A DNA stretch of 64,000 nt. It comes from Takakia lepidozioides. Taxonomy: Eukaryota > Plantae > Bryophyta. The notes below the pieces were generated by a model that searched no databases, was not told the DNA's origin, and saw only the letters and a program-made list of their open reading frames with translations. The translations under genes were made by a program, and so were the position numbers. The number at the start of each line of letters is the position of its first letter. Position 1 is the first letter of the stretch. The stretch spans positions 63,426,001 through 63,490,000 of the forward strand of contig CM060734.1 of the NCBI GenBank assembly GCA_030704615.1, written 5' to 3'. Shown here in pieces: positions 48,540 to 61,912 of this stretch.

Positions 48540-50560
48540 AAAACAAAATGACATCCGGCAATGGATGGTCCACCTCCAACTCATCACGTATATGTGATAT
48601 ACTGTTTTTGCGCGCTTGGAGAGCAACGACTCATGGCTGCACGTAATATATAAATCATACAATTAGTTTGTTGTTTACTCATATATTTAACCACAGTAAC
48701 TTCCATTACAATATCAACTACAAGTCATTTTTAAACATCCGAGTACTTACAACAAACGTACGTCCTTATATACTAGCACAAAAAATGTTACAACAATGGG
48801 TTATAGAAGGCTCACCCTTGCCGCATCGGCAATCCCCCATGTCTGATAGTGTTCATCCACAATATGATCCTGCCGCATCACGGGAACACCTCCAGGTGCC
48901 ACTCGTGCCCAACAGCGCGCGCACCAACACTCCACCCGAGGGGGTTTGTCCAAAGTGGCTCGATCAGGGCCTCATGGCTCTGGACTAAGAGGCCTAGGAC
49001 CTCGAGGTGGCAAGCTGGGATGTGGAACGGGATGCTTGAGGCCAGAGGACGGACTTGCACGCGAGTGTACAGGAGGGTACGTGGAAACTTACGTAATGGC
49101 GTTTATTTCGGCGTCGGCATCGTCCACAATGAAGCCATTGGGTCGCCAGTCCGACATTTCTGCAAGGAGAGAGTCCCGCAAGGCTGCCATCCACGACACC
49201 AGGTCTGTTTTCCGCTCACGCGCGCATATGATGTACGCAACTGGTATACCGTTAAGCCACTCGTCGAAGATCATCAACTTGTATAATGAGAACTGTTCAA
49301 ATGCAGAATGTCAGATGCTGCCAGTGTGCGTACATCCACTACTTCTGCAAGTGGATAAATTGTGAAAGGGATGAAGAGTACCTTGTGGTGATTTGTCCCG
49401 AAGGTTGCATCGCATGCAACGATACGGGCATGGCCTAATTGAAGCATTTGCTTCTTCTGCCACTCAGTCTGTATGCCGATTGTGAATGTTAAGTCGCCAT
49501 CGTAGTGCTTGAATGTTGGCGCCAATTTTTCCTCTTGATAGAAGAAGACCGATTTTGGGTTCTGGTCTTTCTACATGCGGACACTCTCTGCATCGTTGGC
49601 ATGTTTTTTGAACATTTGCCATGCACGTTTCTCGGCCAGGTTGCACACATCCTGCTCTAGTAAAAAATCGTCTCGTGCCTATGCATCTCCCAACCCGGTG
49701 TTGTTCATGATGTGCTCTTTATGTTCCATCTTGATTTGGGCGACTGACAGGCCTCGGCACAGACACTCCATGACCCATGCTTTCAATTCCTCGCTAATGT
49801 GTGGTGCATAGGCGTGGCGAGTGTTCCTGAACTCAACGGACTTCCCATGACAGACGTTCCCTTTCGCGTCTGTATGCTCCATATTGTTGTAGTACGTGAG
49901 GACACAAATGTCGGGGGCGATATAGCATTGCTGGACCTTGAAACAACACTGACAACCACGCTTGTAAGATCTCCATATTCCGTCTTCTTTCTCCTTGGGC
50001 CTTTATGAGGGTGAGATGTTCCAGCACCCAGAAGAGGTCCTCCACGTTTCAGTTTGGGATCCTCCACTATCGCATTGTTGGTGCGCTTGTCATCTGGACC
50101 ATAGCAGCATTGATATCTGGATATAAAAATCACAATGGATATCCATCGACTTCTGGAAGCATGAAATCACAGAACGTGGGTACGAAAAATGGCAACAGAC
50201 ATGCAATCAGACTACAAAAGGACGATGAGGATGGAGCACACATGATACTGTTCAGGGAACTGCTGGCTCTCGGCTCTTTTAGCATGCCGGGTTGCACTTT
50301 AGTATGGACATTCACCCAAAACTGAGTGGGGTAGTCCACCAAACTCTCCTCTCCAAGGAGAGTCATCAACTCTATCCCACGGTATGCAGGCCTTCAGAAC
50401 ATTATGTTTGGCACCCATATAACCATATTGCGTGTCTCTCTTCCATTGGAGGTCCTTCCCGTTGAAGGGTCCTGGTTTGGGTGTTTGCAAACTTTGTCGA
50501 AGAGGTCGTATAATCCAGCATCCCGTTTTTAGTATATCATCACCCTCTGCTTCCACGTCC
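48540..50560 (-). pseudogene. MULE/Mutator-type transposase (SWIM-family-like), degraded
   Basis: YQCCYGPDD, H.D..G.VCHG..APHISEEL, IGIQTEWQ...IVACDATFGTN, FDEWLNGIPVAYII, FIVDDADAEI. A candidate element end lies near 51274. Confidence 0.75.
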
Positions 50561-50729
50561 ATGCCCTGTACAGTACAGAGGACACGCTTCAGAACCTGCA
50601 AGAAACGCGCCGCAGTACACTGGACACGATGGACAACGTGCAAGGAGCATCAGTGCGCACGTTCGCGGCTGCTGGCAAGTGGCAGGCGGCAGGGATATAG
50701 TTTCAATTCATGCCCTAAAACTGGAGGGC

Positions 50730-51100
50730 TCAGATGGCATTTGCGAACGGACGGTCCAGATGCGGCATCATCAGTGGACTGGAGGAAAGCGGACTCATGG
50801 GCGGCGGACTGGCGGGCACACTGTTGGGTGGACTGGCCGGGACTGGCACAACGGACTGGCATGGATGGCGCGGATGGGTTTCTCAGAATGGACGATCCAG
50901 ATCCTTCGGCCGGCGCGGACTGGCAGACTGGGGGCAGCATACGGGCACAGCGGACTGTTGGGTGGACTTGCGGGGACTGGCACAACGGACTGGCGTGCAC
51001 AGCAGACTGGCCGGCAGACTGGCGGTTTGGCAGACTGAGGGGAACTGGACTCACGGGCAGCAGACTGGCGGGCGGACTGGGGGCGCGGTGCGGGCCGCGG
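50730..51100. repeat. GC-rich minisatellite (GGCGGACTGGC core)
   Basis: More than 15 imperfect GGACTGG units; explains the stacked low-complexity ORFs here. Confidence 0.75.
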
Positions 51101-52097
51101 CGGAGCACGGGCGGGGCTGCCACGGGCGCGGCTGCTGGGGCTGCGGCAGCAGGTGGGCGACTGCGTGCAGGGGGGTGTCCGTGCGCGGGGCCCACCAGTC
51201 AGCTCGCGCAGGCCCCGAAAAATGGGCCCCACATTCAAGGGTGGCAATTTTGAAGATATGGGGCAATTGCCTCTAAATTTTGCACTGTCTTGATTTGGTA
51301 GGTGAGCACATAATGTGCGGGGTCAAAATTTAAAATTTCCCATTTTTCCAGCTAGCTGTCTCGATTTTTCACTACAAGGGTATGTTGTATGTTGTTTTAC
51401 AAAAGTGAACCTCACCCTATGGGTTGCGGTGGAAGGTTTCATTGTATCTTTTCAAGCAAGTTTTGTCATTTCTGTGCGATCACTGGTGTGTGGTGGTACC
51501 ATCTCATTACTTGGTTTGTTGGCTCTCTTCTATAGGAGACAGACTATGCAACATGTTGAGAAAATGTGGTGAAAGGACCTTACACCGTGTCGAGGCTCCC
51601 ATTGGTTATTATTTTCACTTGCCCTTATGTGTTGCCAAAGCAAGAGAGCCCATTGTGGTTTGAGATTTGTTATAGCTTGTATATACAAGTAGTGGGTCTC
51701 AAGGCCCATAGATGTAGGTCTTCAAGTGCAGGGGCAGCGGCACGCTACAAGCGCATACATGAAATACGTTTGTTAGTGCACCACAGACTTAACTGTTTTG
51801 TTGCAGGGCAATAGAGCGGCTCATCGAATTTGAAGGACAAACCATTCACGCCACCATTCCTCACCCTTTCTCTTGTTATTCACAATTCCACTGCTTCCAA
51901 CACCTCTTCTTGGTCGCTTTAACAAACAAGATTCGCAAGTTCAAAATCTCTGCACTGATGCATAGTCTCTACCCTCTAGGATAGCGACAACCAACTACCA
52001 ACTAAGGAAAGGCTAGTGCGGGGCGTGACATTGGAGCGTTTGAAAGTGAGGGCAGGAAGGAGGGAGGGTGGCAAGGACGTGATCGAAGCCCCGGCCT

Positions 52098-54802
52098 ATG
52101 GACGCCCATCCTCACACTTACGCCCAGCTCCGAGAGGCCTTTGTGCTTTCTATCCATGGGGTCCTTACCTCCACTACTCGCGAGGTATGTGCTATTACTT
52201 CTCTTTTCTCTTGGAAGCTCAGTGTCCATTTATGAGTTATGTGGAACTCAATATGCGATTCCTTTTCAACGTTCGGCAGCACTATTGCATTTTTGTATTG
52301 CTGCTGATGTTGATTCACACGCTTACACACAACCAAGAACTCCAGATATGGAGCCAGAGAGTAAAGACCTGCTTAGGGCTTCATATTGAGGACTGCCTGG
52401 GTAACAGTGCAGTGCTGCCAACGGTTGCAGGAGTTTGTGAAATTCTTCCCCAAAATCACACCCAAGGAGCAGGACATGCTGTATTCCATTTTCACACAGG
52501 TAAGTTTTATCATCCCTATAAGTATTAAAATCCTGGCAGACCTACAATGTGTCAGTTCCCAATGCTGTCCTTTGATTTAATCTTTAGCTTTTTCTTCTTC
52601 AACCGTCTGTTCTGTCCAGATCAAGGCATTTTCTGCCTCTGCCTGGTCTTCACCGATTAGTTCTGGTTGCTCCATATGTTCTTTGTCTATATGTGTCAGG
52701 TACACATTTGATCACAAGGATTCAAAATGTGAAATATGAGACTTAGGAGGAGTGTGACCTTACAGATTGGATCTTAGATGGTACCAACGGAATGAGTGCA
52801 TATGAAGTGACAATTCCTTTATATCTGCAATGCATTTCTCAGTTGAGATGCCAATTCACAACAACAGACTTTTTCAGTCATCTGTCCAAGGCCTCCTGTG
52901 CTTAGGTCAAAAGTCCTACAGTATGGATGAGGTTCCTTTCAGGGCAGTGTAAAGATCTGCTTGAAGAGTTTCCTCATGCTCTAAGCAGTGCAGGGTTGGG
53001 TCTTCTATGTGGCAGGTGGTGGCACAAGTCCATGAAGATGCTTTGGTGGGTATTGTCTCCTACTCTCCCTACCCTAATATTCAGTGGCTGCAAGAGGGCG
53101 TCCCCTCCCACCTGGGTGCTATCTGTTCTTTTCTCCTGCTTCATTTTTGCAAAATATAAAATTTGAGGATTAGAAGTCGCAGTGCTCAGCCAGGGAGTAT
53201 AATACTGGGGCAGGCAAATTTCTGATCTTGTTTGTTACTGGTTTCAAATACCTTGTCAAGTCATCTATGAACCACAATGTGCAAAACTATGTGATGTTTA
53301 ACCTGTTTATTGGTAGGGCTCATATAAGCAGCCTTGTTCTGTTGTGGGTGTTATGCAGGCAGAATTCCAGCTCCAGTGTGACGCAGCTGAGGTTATTTCA
53401 GCTGTCTTATGAATTTTTTATGCAGTTATGTGCGGCTAGTTTGTAGAGTTTTGGTTCAGTTATCTTGAGTGTAGGACTTTCCTATAACTTTGTCGCACAA
53501 AGCTATCTACTAGCTGTCCAGACTTGTAGTCTTCTTGAGTGAGTCCTATTTTCCTCACTGGATCCTTTTGTTGCCTTGTTTGACATCTCGTCTTTATCAT
53601 CCTCCCTGCCTACTCTGTCCACTTGAGTCAAACCTTCTCAGTGATATGTGATGCCTCTGAACAGGTAATGGAGGCCCTGAGTGAGTTGGAGCAGTTTACT
53701 GAGCAGCATGTGCGGCAGTGTTCTATCAGCTCCAGGTAACTCGAATGAGAGTGATGGCAAGACCGCTATTTGTAATTGAGAAGCGTACTTCCATGGAAGG
53801 TAATTTCAACCCAAGTTTACTGCACTCAATTGGTTTATATGGATGATTCATTATCAATTGAAATTGACCCTAAAAAGTTTGGCAACATGTATCTCAATAT
53901 GTTTGTCTTCCTTCAGCTGCATTCCCCGTTTTCTACTTCTCACTTGCATCCTGCAACTTACCCTATGTTGTAAAGAGCTATCTCCACAACCATCCCACTG
54001 TCTTTGGTCCAGTAGTATACCTCCCCCAGAAGCTGTTCGAGAAAAGGCAATTGAACTGAAGATGGAGGAGGTCAAGAAATTGGAGGTCTTGGTGCCGCTG
54101 GTCAGCATCTTCCACATCTGAATGCATGACTTTGCTGGTGTTGAAGCATTGGACCCTAGACTTTCCTGAAATTGATTTTTCAAAGAATTGGAAGGATTCT
54201 TCCATGACATTGGCTTTTAATGGCACTTGTAATCACATTCAATCTTTATAGCGCTTATATAGTGCAAGGCTTAGTAATATTTGTTCCAAAAAACTTCCAG
54301 CAAAATGTTGAAGACATTTTCAACATGAAGTACGTATAATGGAGGCATGGCATTGACTGCAGTAGGATATGGAAGATTGATGATGAACTTGACCTTGTTC
54401 TGATCTAGTGCTCCAGGAAACTGACTCTTGTAATTCTGGATGGTATTGCCAGGAGGAGGAGAAAAACCAGCAGCTAAGCCAACGACTGGAGAGATTGCAC
54501 AGCCAGGCTCTAGCTGCTCGGGAGGCTGCCTCAGTGCCTGTGATCTTTGCGAAGGTGCGTGCTGTTCTCAACCATAATGTAGAGTGTCTCTGACCATGGT
54601 AGGTATTTTTGTTGGCAAGAGTGTTTTTGGTTGCCTGTTCACTGGAGCGTTCACATAAGGTTCTGTTTGGTCAATACCACACCAGTGTTCTAGCCTTCTT
54701 CCAGTCTCCTCCCAGTTCCACTTCCAGGTTACGTGTTTATTCTTGTGAGGTGGTGTGCAGGTGCAAGAAGCAATTGCAAAGTTGCAAGCTGATTCCTCTT
54801 GA
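52098..54802 (+). CDS. NNF1: NNF1/PMF1-like MIS12-complex kinetochore protein, 8 exons, 173 aa (52098-52184, 52431-52499, 53016-53045, 53359-53391, 53665-53735, 54013-54100, 54453-54554, 54761-54802)
   Basis: All introns are GT-AG and phase-consistent (522 nt total). Protein ...LREAFVLSIHGVLTSTTREEFVKFFPKITPKEQDMLYSIFTQVVAQVHEDALAEFQLQC...VMEALSELEQ... plus a C-terminal coiled coil resembles plant NNF1 by recall. Confidence 0.72.
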
Positions 54803-56328
54803 CTGAGTGCATATGTGTTGTAGTTGGCTGCTGTTTACTAAGGAGAATACATTCATGATATCTTAATTCCTTTTGATCTATGGCGCTGTTTTTCTAAGTT
54901 ATCATGTAGTATGTCTTGCCACTTCGTGGATTCTGTCTGCCGCAACTATTCTGAATGATGAAAAGTTGGTCCTTATAAGGAGCCTATTTATGACTGACTC
55001 GGGCGCTTCATGATACTACGGTACATGATGCACCAAATTTTACATTTCTTTTTTTGGGCTAATGGAACATTGTATCCGGAATACGTATTCTGACATTCTG
55101 GTAAGTTGCATCTGAGAGTGTCATTATAGTTGTCATTAGCTGGTCAGGTTTTCTTTGTTGCCCTTTCCTTGTGGCAGACCTACTCAAATCTTAAACAGTG
55201 TGTTGGTAGGTGCCTAAAGTTGGGCTGCAACTGCAGCATCGCATGTGGCTAGATTGAATGACTGACAGGTTGAACCTTGGCTTTCAACCTAAGAAAGACA
55301 CCATTGAACAGGCTCTGAGTTAACACCCCTGCCCTGCCTTGAAACATTAAAATCTGTTGGTCAAATGTTCCTAGCAAGAAGAGGAGGGAGAGGAATAGGC
55401 CTAAGCCAGTGTAAATTAGAGTCATCTCGCAGTTGGGAGGGTATTGCTCCATTGGGCTTTCAAGGAAATAACAAACAGTATTCATTCCCTTCCAAGAATA
55501 TATGTAAAGTAAATTGGGAACAAAGGCCCTTAAGATTCTTTGTGACAACTACAAATATAAGGAAGGGTTGTGGCCTCCAATATGGAAAAGTCTCAGGCCT
55601 TTTCACCTCACCCTTGTTTTTCCTTCTTCAGCCTTCCATTGTCTGTGGAAGCACACAGAAGACTAGCAAAATACAATCTTGGTAGCAACAGGACATCTAC
55701 AAACACTACAGAAGTAAAGAGCAAGAGCAATAGCAATACTACAAACACTAGAGAAGAAATGCCAATAGGGAGTTTCAAAAAATTATGCATGCATGTTCCA
55801 GTGCATAATGCCCTCCTAGTTGGACAGATATACATGTCTGAGACACAGTAAATGGCTGGGTAAGAGAAGTATAATTGATATCTTATGTGCAGACACCAGT
55901 CTACCTAGTTCTCATGTATTATTATCTTACTCATTTCCTCACACCTTATTCACAACAATAATCTATTTTATATGTAAAGCCCCTGCATTATTTTTGAATG
56001 GGGGAATTTCGGGAAATTTCGCCTTGTTGGTCCAGTTGAGGGAAGAGAGAAAGACACGTCTCTTTACATCCTTAAGCAAATATCTTTGACCATCATCATC
56101 TTGCAGAATCCGAATAGATGCTCTGCAAGCCTCAGGACTCTATCATTCTCTTTACATACAATGTAGTAACTTGACCACGACTGTACCAGCCCCCCCAGCT
56201 CGATATCCATTTTAGGTTCATCTATCTTATCCCAAAAAACAACAAACAACAGAAGTACTTAATTTGGGATGACAACTGACATCTGGAATCCACCTAATTC
56301 CCTAGCAATATATCCGACATAGAGTGTA

Positions 56329-57662
56329 TCATTTTTTGACAAATGCCTCGATGTTCTTAAGCCAGCGGCTGTACTCACGCTGCTCCTTGTCCTCCATAAG
56401 CTCCAAAAGAAAGTTGGCTAGGTCTGCATCTATCCCACGGACATCCAAGAACTTCTTGAACTGTTTTTGGAGATGCTCATCCAGTTGCCTACAACATCGA
56501 CAAGTGCGGATATACCGAAGTAGCCCAGTCAGTGCAACATGATCATTAAAGCAGCCGAACTCCACTTTGTTGACACTCTCCCCCTGCAAAAGCTCTCGAC
56601 CAAGGGAGATCCTAGCCTCCTCGCTCAACCGATTAAAGTATCGAACTTAGAACAAACGAGCTGCAAACCATATGAAGAGGCCCACACCAGAGAATTGACT
56701 TCACACAGCCTTTGCGACACCAACAATTAGGAAAGTCAGGGAAAAGACACTCACGAAAATTCTGGACCATCAAAAATGGGATCTTTTGATTCTTTGTTTT
56801 CGACATAGTGAACATGTCCAATAGTAACATCGCCCTTTTGACAAACGCAGCTGAACTCCAAGACTGGTTGATGTGCGCCCTTCGTTATAGAGACGGTAAG
56901 ATGTACGGCATTTCCTTCGGGCACATCGTCGCCATTATCGTACTCACCTTCTCCCTCCAACTCCTCTCCTTCCTCCATACCAGGCTGGTACATGGCTGTC
57001 AACTTGACATCTTCTTCACCATACTTCCTGTGCAAACTCACCTCCAATTTCCCTGGCTTGTCTTCCAGTGTAAAGGGCTGTGGTGGGCCCTTTGCCAATG
57101 TCTGCAGGAAACGATGGTACAATTTACACAAAACTCCATGTCAGTGAAATTAGCCAATTGTGCATTCAACATTGTATAAGTGTCTAGAAGAGCAGTTACC
57201 GTAGCAGTCATGAAGATTAGTACAATAACTCTGACAGAAGAATCCGTGAACGATTGAATGGCGTGCTGCAGAACACATATCTGAGCAACTTCACAACAGT
57301 CCCCTGCACTCCACTACTTTACAGTGCCCAAAATGCATCCCGAATGCTGACCATCCAGTACATATCCCGGCGGGGATGAGATCGGCAGGGAAGATTACCT
57401 TGGAAGGTTTATACACATCCGTCTCGTGCTCAATCTCAGATTTGAGAACGTGCATGAGGCTGTCATCCAGGGGTGGTTGGGATGCTGGTTCTCTAGCGAT
57501 ATTCACCCAGCGCACAGGAGCCCCGATCATCCCTGCTCTAGCGCAATGCGGGACCTCCTGCCCTGCTGATGCCACCGCGGCCATTGATGGCTGCTCTAAA
57601 AAGTGCAAGGCTCGTCTCATGAGGGGACCCGTGGCCCTCCTCATTAGCAAGGAAGTGGCCAT
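56329..57662 (-). CDS. Mitochondrial acidic matrix glycoprotein, MAM33/C1QBP family, 3 exons, 256 aa (57399-57662, 56755-57101, 56329-56488)
   Basis: Arg-rich transit-like N-terminus, LKSEIEHE, PFTLEDKPG, LEFSC, GPEFSQLDEHLQ...RGID..LANFL...MEDKEQREYSRWL; GT-AG introns in phase. Confidence 0.9.
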
Positions 57663-57782
57663 AGATATGCAGGACAAAGTAGAGGGAAGAAGAGAGTCCC
57701 CAAACTGGAGGGCAGCTTCAGCCGGGGATGGTGCGAGGGAGGCCACCAGGAGGAACGGGCGTGCATGTGAGCTTGCCCTCCT

Positions 57783-57791
57783 AAACCCTAA
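57783..57791 (+). promoter_or_regulatory. Telo-box (AAACCCTAA) upstream of the MAM33-like start codon
   Basis: Motif ~120 bp upstream of the ATG; a common plant cis-element. Function not shown. Confidence 0.4.
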
Positions 57792-57951
57792 CCTAAACCC
57801 CACCACCACCTTTGGGAACCTGCGAACCAGTGAGGGAACTGCCGACACTGGACGCTTTACATGTAACACTGGTTTACTCTCGTTGGCCTCTGGATGAATG
57901 TTGGCTTACCTACTAGGCCTACAGGCCTACTCTACTCAGACACTATCTGCG

Positions 57952-58283
57952 TAAGCATGTCATTGAAAGATTAAGTAAGTATCCAGTGTTAAGCATCTTA
58001 TTGTAAGACCAAGTCTTAAGTATCCAGTGTTTAAGCATGTCATTGAAAGACCAAGTCTTAAGTATCCAGTGTTTAAGCATCTCATTGAAAGACCAAGTGT
58101 TAAGTATCCAGTGTTTAAGCGTCTCATTGAAAGATTGAGTGTTAAGTATCCAGTGTTTAAGCATCTCATTGAAAGATTGAGTGTTAAGTATCCAGTGTTT
58201 AAGCATCTCATTGCAAGACCAAGTCTTAAGTATCCAGTGTTTAAGCATCTCATTGAAAGATTGAGTCTTAAGTATCCAGTGTT
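57952..58283. repeat. 42-bp tandem repeat, ~8 copies
   Basis: Unit TAAGCATCTCATTGAAAGACCAAGTCTTAAGTATCCAGTGTT, contiguous with no spacers. Confidence 0.92.
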
Positions 58284-58370
58284 GGGCGGGTACACAGGTG
58301 AAGATCCAGGAGTGTACAAGATATCGCTTGTTTTCTACAGCCCCAAGACCTAGCTGGGCTTGCTTGTGCC

Positions 58371-59825
58371 CGGGTATGAAATGCCGAAAGGGCCATACTT
58401 TCTAGCAACCCATGACCACTGGGAAGATGCCCATGTCCACTGGAAAGATGTGGGTTGCCATTGTTTACCCGTTGGGAGGATTGCGGTCTTGCGTGACCGT
58501 ACATTATACCAAGTATTTATATAAATAGCAAGTAAATTTATATGGGAATTCCATGCATTCCAAATTTTTCTGTAGAATGCCCGGTTCATCGCGCGGGCAG
58601 GGTTCGCTCGAGGGAGGGGAAAATAGGGTGTTTTTGGTGCAGTGTTTGATTTACACATTAGCTCGAGCAATTTAAATCAAGTGAACAAAACATATGCATA
58701 AATAGAAAAGAGATAACATTATAATGAATCATATAAATTTATAGTCAATATGCCACAATGCCACTGGTGTTGTAACATTGTATTGATGCCACGCCAGGGG
58801 TAAGTTAATGCTCTATATCTCCTTTCATAGTGAGCCCCTAAGAAATTAATCAATGAAAAAAAAAGGTCATAAAGAATAAAAACAAGGAGTGTGCCATTGA
58901 ACCAACACATCTACAAATTCCACGGGTTTAATGGTACCTGATAACACTTGCAATGCTCTTGCGATGTTCCGTCTGGGAGCCCTCACATTCAACCGTGTCA
59001 GGGCTGCTTTGACGTGCAAAATGCCCCAATTTGCACCATGCTCCCCAATTGGAAGAGTGGATTGAATTCTATCTGACAAACCCTCAATGGTGAAGCTACC
59101 GTATACCTTGAATTTGTAACCAAGGGCCTTTGTCAAAAGCCTCTTCAACTCTCTAAGGTCTTTAATACTTAGAGCTTCAACAACTTTTTTGAAAGTAACT
59201 CCTTGGTTGAGCATGGTCTGAACATAGGTCACTAGGTCTGCCATAGACTGAACACCCTCTTCAGCCATCACTCTTCTGAAAAAGTAGTTGTAATAATCAC
59301 TCTGCCATAGCTGCATCCAAAGAAACTAGGGTTAATTGAACTACCTAATGTTACTTCAGCTCATGATTTTCCTGAGAATTTGGAAAAAAAAGCTAAAACA
59401 ACCACAACTATACTCAATCAGTCAGTCTGTTAACCACTTCCTCTCTCCACCAGAGCGCCAAAAAGCTAACCACTCATTGAATCTTTGTCACAATCCGAGG
59501 CTGCAAACGACCCCAGCCAGAAGGAAGGTCGAGGTGCCTGGCGTCAAAGCTCCACAGTCCACATTCGCCGTGACCCATCAAACTGAACCCTCAATAAATC
59601 CTCCCAAAATTTGGAACATATGGAATTCCCATATAAATTTACTTGGTATTCATATAACTACTTGGTATAAAGTATGGTCACGCAAGACTGCGGTCCTCCC
59701 ATAGGTAACCAATGGTAGCCGGCATCTTTCCAGTGGCAACCGGGATCTTTCCAGTGGACATGGGCATCTTTCCACTGGTCATGGGTGCATAACAAGAGAG
59801 ATGCCCTTTTGGCATTCCATACCCG
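58371..59825. mobile_element. ~200 bp imperfect inverted repeats (58371-58568 / 59606-59825) enclosing a 149-aa ORF
   Basis: Arms align as reverse complements (e.g. GTAAATTTATATGGGAATTCCAT / ATGGAATTCCCATATAAATTTAC). No TSD resolved. Confidence 0.6.
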
Positions 59826-60023
59826 AAGGCCTGCACAGTGGATTAGGGCTTCAGGAGGCCCTCCAAAAGCCCTGCATAGTTGGACTAGAGGTAAGCGGGC
59901 CGGACTCGTGATGGATGAAGACATGGGATGGAAGATATCATCATTGAAGAAAATGAGGAACTCATTGGACTTTCTGAGACAGATTTTTAAGATGGACTCT
60001 ATGAGTACATCTGATTAGCTTAA

Positions 60024-60816
60024 CCCTTAAGTTCCCAAGCCCTTTTTTGACTTTTTACCAATTTTGGGTACCCAGCTGCAGTAAATTGCCCCTAGAAACC
60101 TACCAAAAGTCATCCGGAGATTCCAGCCTTATAGCAATGGGCCCAGCTCATTTATGCATGACATACCAAAAAATGAGCCAAGTCCACCGTGGAAATTGTG
60201 AGATTATAGCGTTGGCCCGGACCTCAAATATGAGGTCCCAAAGAAAAAATGAGAAAGAAATTGGTTTGACCAAATCAAAACCTAGCTTTATCCAATTTTG
60301 CTTGCCCCCAGACCCACCATTTTCAAATCAATAGTGGAGTGGCTATGACCCCACTAAATTGCAGGTCCAACTGATTTTTTCACCTATGCTTGCTATGCAT
60401 GCAATTACATAGGGGTTGAAATCTCAAAATTGACAAGAGAAAATGTGCCTCCAATTGAAGTAATTTTTTTTCTACAATTTTTTTAAAAGCCAATGGTGGA
60501 TGTGTGTATGTAATGCTCACACACCACAAGGTGAAGTGCTTTTTCTAAAATTGCTAATTTTCTGCCAAAAATGGCTTTTGGAGTGCAATCTGTTTTGGGC
60601 TTGTTTACCTGCCACGTCAGCGGTCAACAAGCCCTTTTCAGGCCCCAAAACGTAAATGATATTTTTTCTAGGTCGTAGCTTTTGTTTTTTGCATCTCAAG
60701 ACAAATCCCTTGTCATTAAAGCTTCAGGAGTGGGCCCCATCAGATTAGATCTGCAAAAATTAGGTCCAACTGCAAATTCAAAGTGACCCGATTCAGGTCG
60801 CTTGGGAACTTAAGGG
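60024..60816. mobile_element. piggyBac-like MITE 1
   Basis: Perfect 17-bp TIR CCCTTAAGTTCCCAAGC / GCTTGGGAACTTAAGGG with TTAA on both sides. Confidence 0.8.
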
Positions 60817-60829
60817 TTAACTCACTTAA

Positions 60830-61912
60830 CCTCTAAAGGACGAGAGGTGTTTTTGGGTTTTTGGACAATTCCGGGACCCACCCTCACACGTCAGCGGCTA
60901 CCTGCCCACCAACGTTCATCCATGTGGATGAACCGTACAAATTGCTTCCTACCTACAAGATGCACAAGCCCCCCAAATTTAGGGAGATTCCACCGTGTAG
61001 TTTGGGAGATTATAACATTTGAAGACGGTGCATTTTTTTGAAAATGGAAAAAACAAAGCAAAAGTTCATGTTTGACCAAGCAAATTATCCATGATCCCAA
61101 ATTTTCCTGGGAGAAAAAGTGCTATATTCCTGTGAAGTGCACAATCCCAAACCCTCACACCAAATTTCACCCCAATCTGCCAAAATGAAAGGGGGGGGGG
61201 GGGTGCTTTGTATGTGACTGGAATGGGGGTCCAAAATGAGAATTTGAAAAGAAAATGGTATAGGCCCCATTGGGACCTCAAATTCTCCTTCATTTGGGAA
61301 TTCTAACGGTTAGTCCCTCATAGGCCAAGAACTACACAAGTCTGCCCAAGAATTTCCCAAAAATTCCCTAAATTGCATTTGGGATGTGGGATTTTGTGAA
61401 ATTTCCGGCCTCCTCCAGGTCAGGCAATCGGTGGCCGGAATTTCGCCTGAATCCGGCGACGTTTTCCGGGCCATGTCGAGGTTTCCCATTATTTGCCAGG
61501 GCCAGCTCATTCGAGCCGTCCCTCGGCATTTTGAGCCGTCCCTCGGCATTTTGGGGAAGGGCCTCACAAGCCCCCACTCTGCGGGTGGGATTTTTTGCGG
61601 CAGGGGGCAATGCATGGGTTGGCCGCTGCCACCTGCCACGTCCACGGTCAACTGCCGTGCCCCCGCCCTCCACCCAAAAAAATTCCTGACAGCGGAGTTC
61701 TTCTCTGTTGGGGGCGCCATAAAGACCTGCGTGTGCAGCTCATTCCGCGCTACATTTTTCGTTCAAGCCGCTCGTACATCGGACTTCATCCGTGCATGCT
61801 ACGGATGGATGAAAATCAGTCCGACCCGACTCAGGTCAGACTTCATCCATGCATGCTACGGATGGATGAAAAATCAGGCCGACCCGACTCGAGTCAACTC
61901 GTCGTTTAGGGG
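60830..61912. mobile_element. piggyBac-like MITE 2
   Basis: TIR CCTCTAAAGGACGAG / CTCGTCGTTTAGGGG (13/15) with TTAA on both sides. Confidence 0.7.

Noticed and set aside
50432-51276. Overlapping 120-270 aa ORFs
   Set aside because: GC-rich minisatellite with low-complexity translations on both strands.
57952-58283. CRISPR-like array or repeat-protein ORFs
   Set aside because: Contiguous 42-bp units with no unique spacers, no cas genes and a eukaryotic context. The ORFs are by-products of a unit length divisible by 3.
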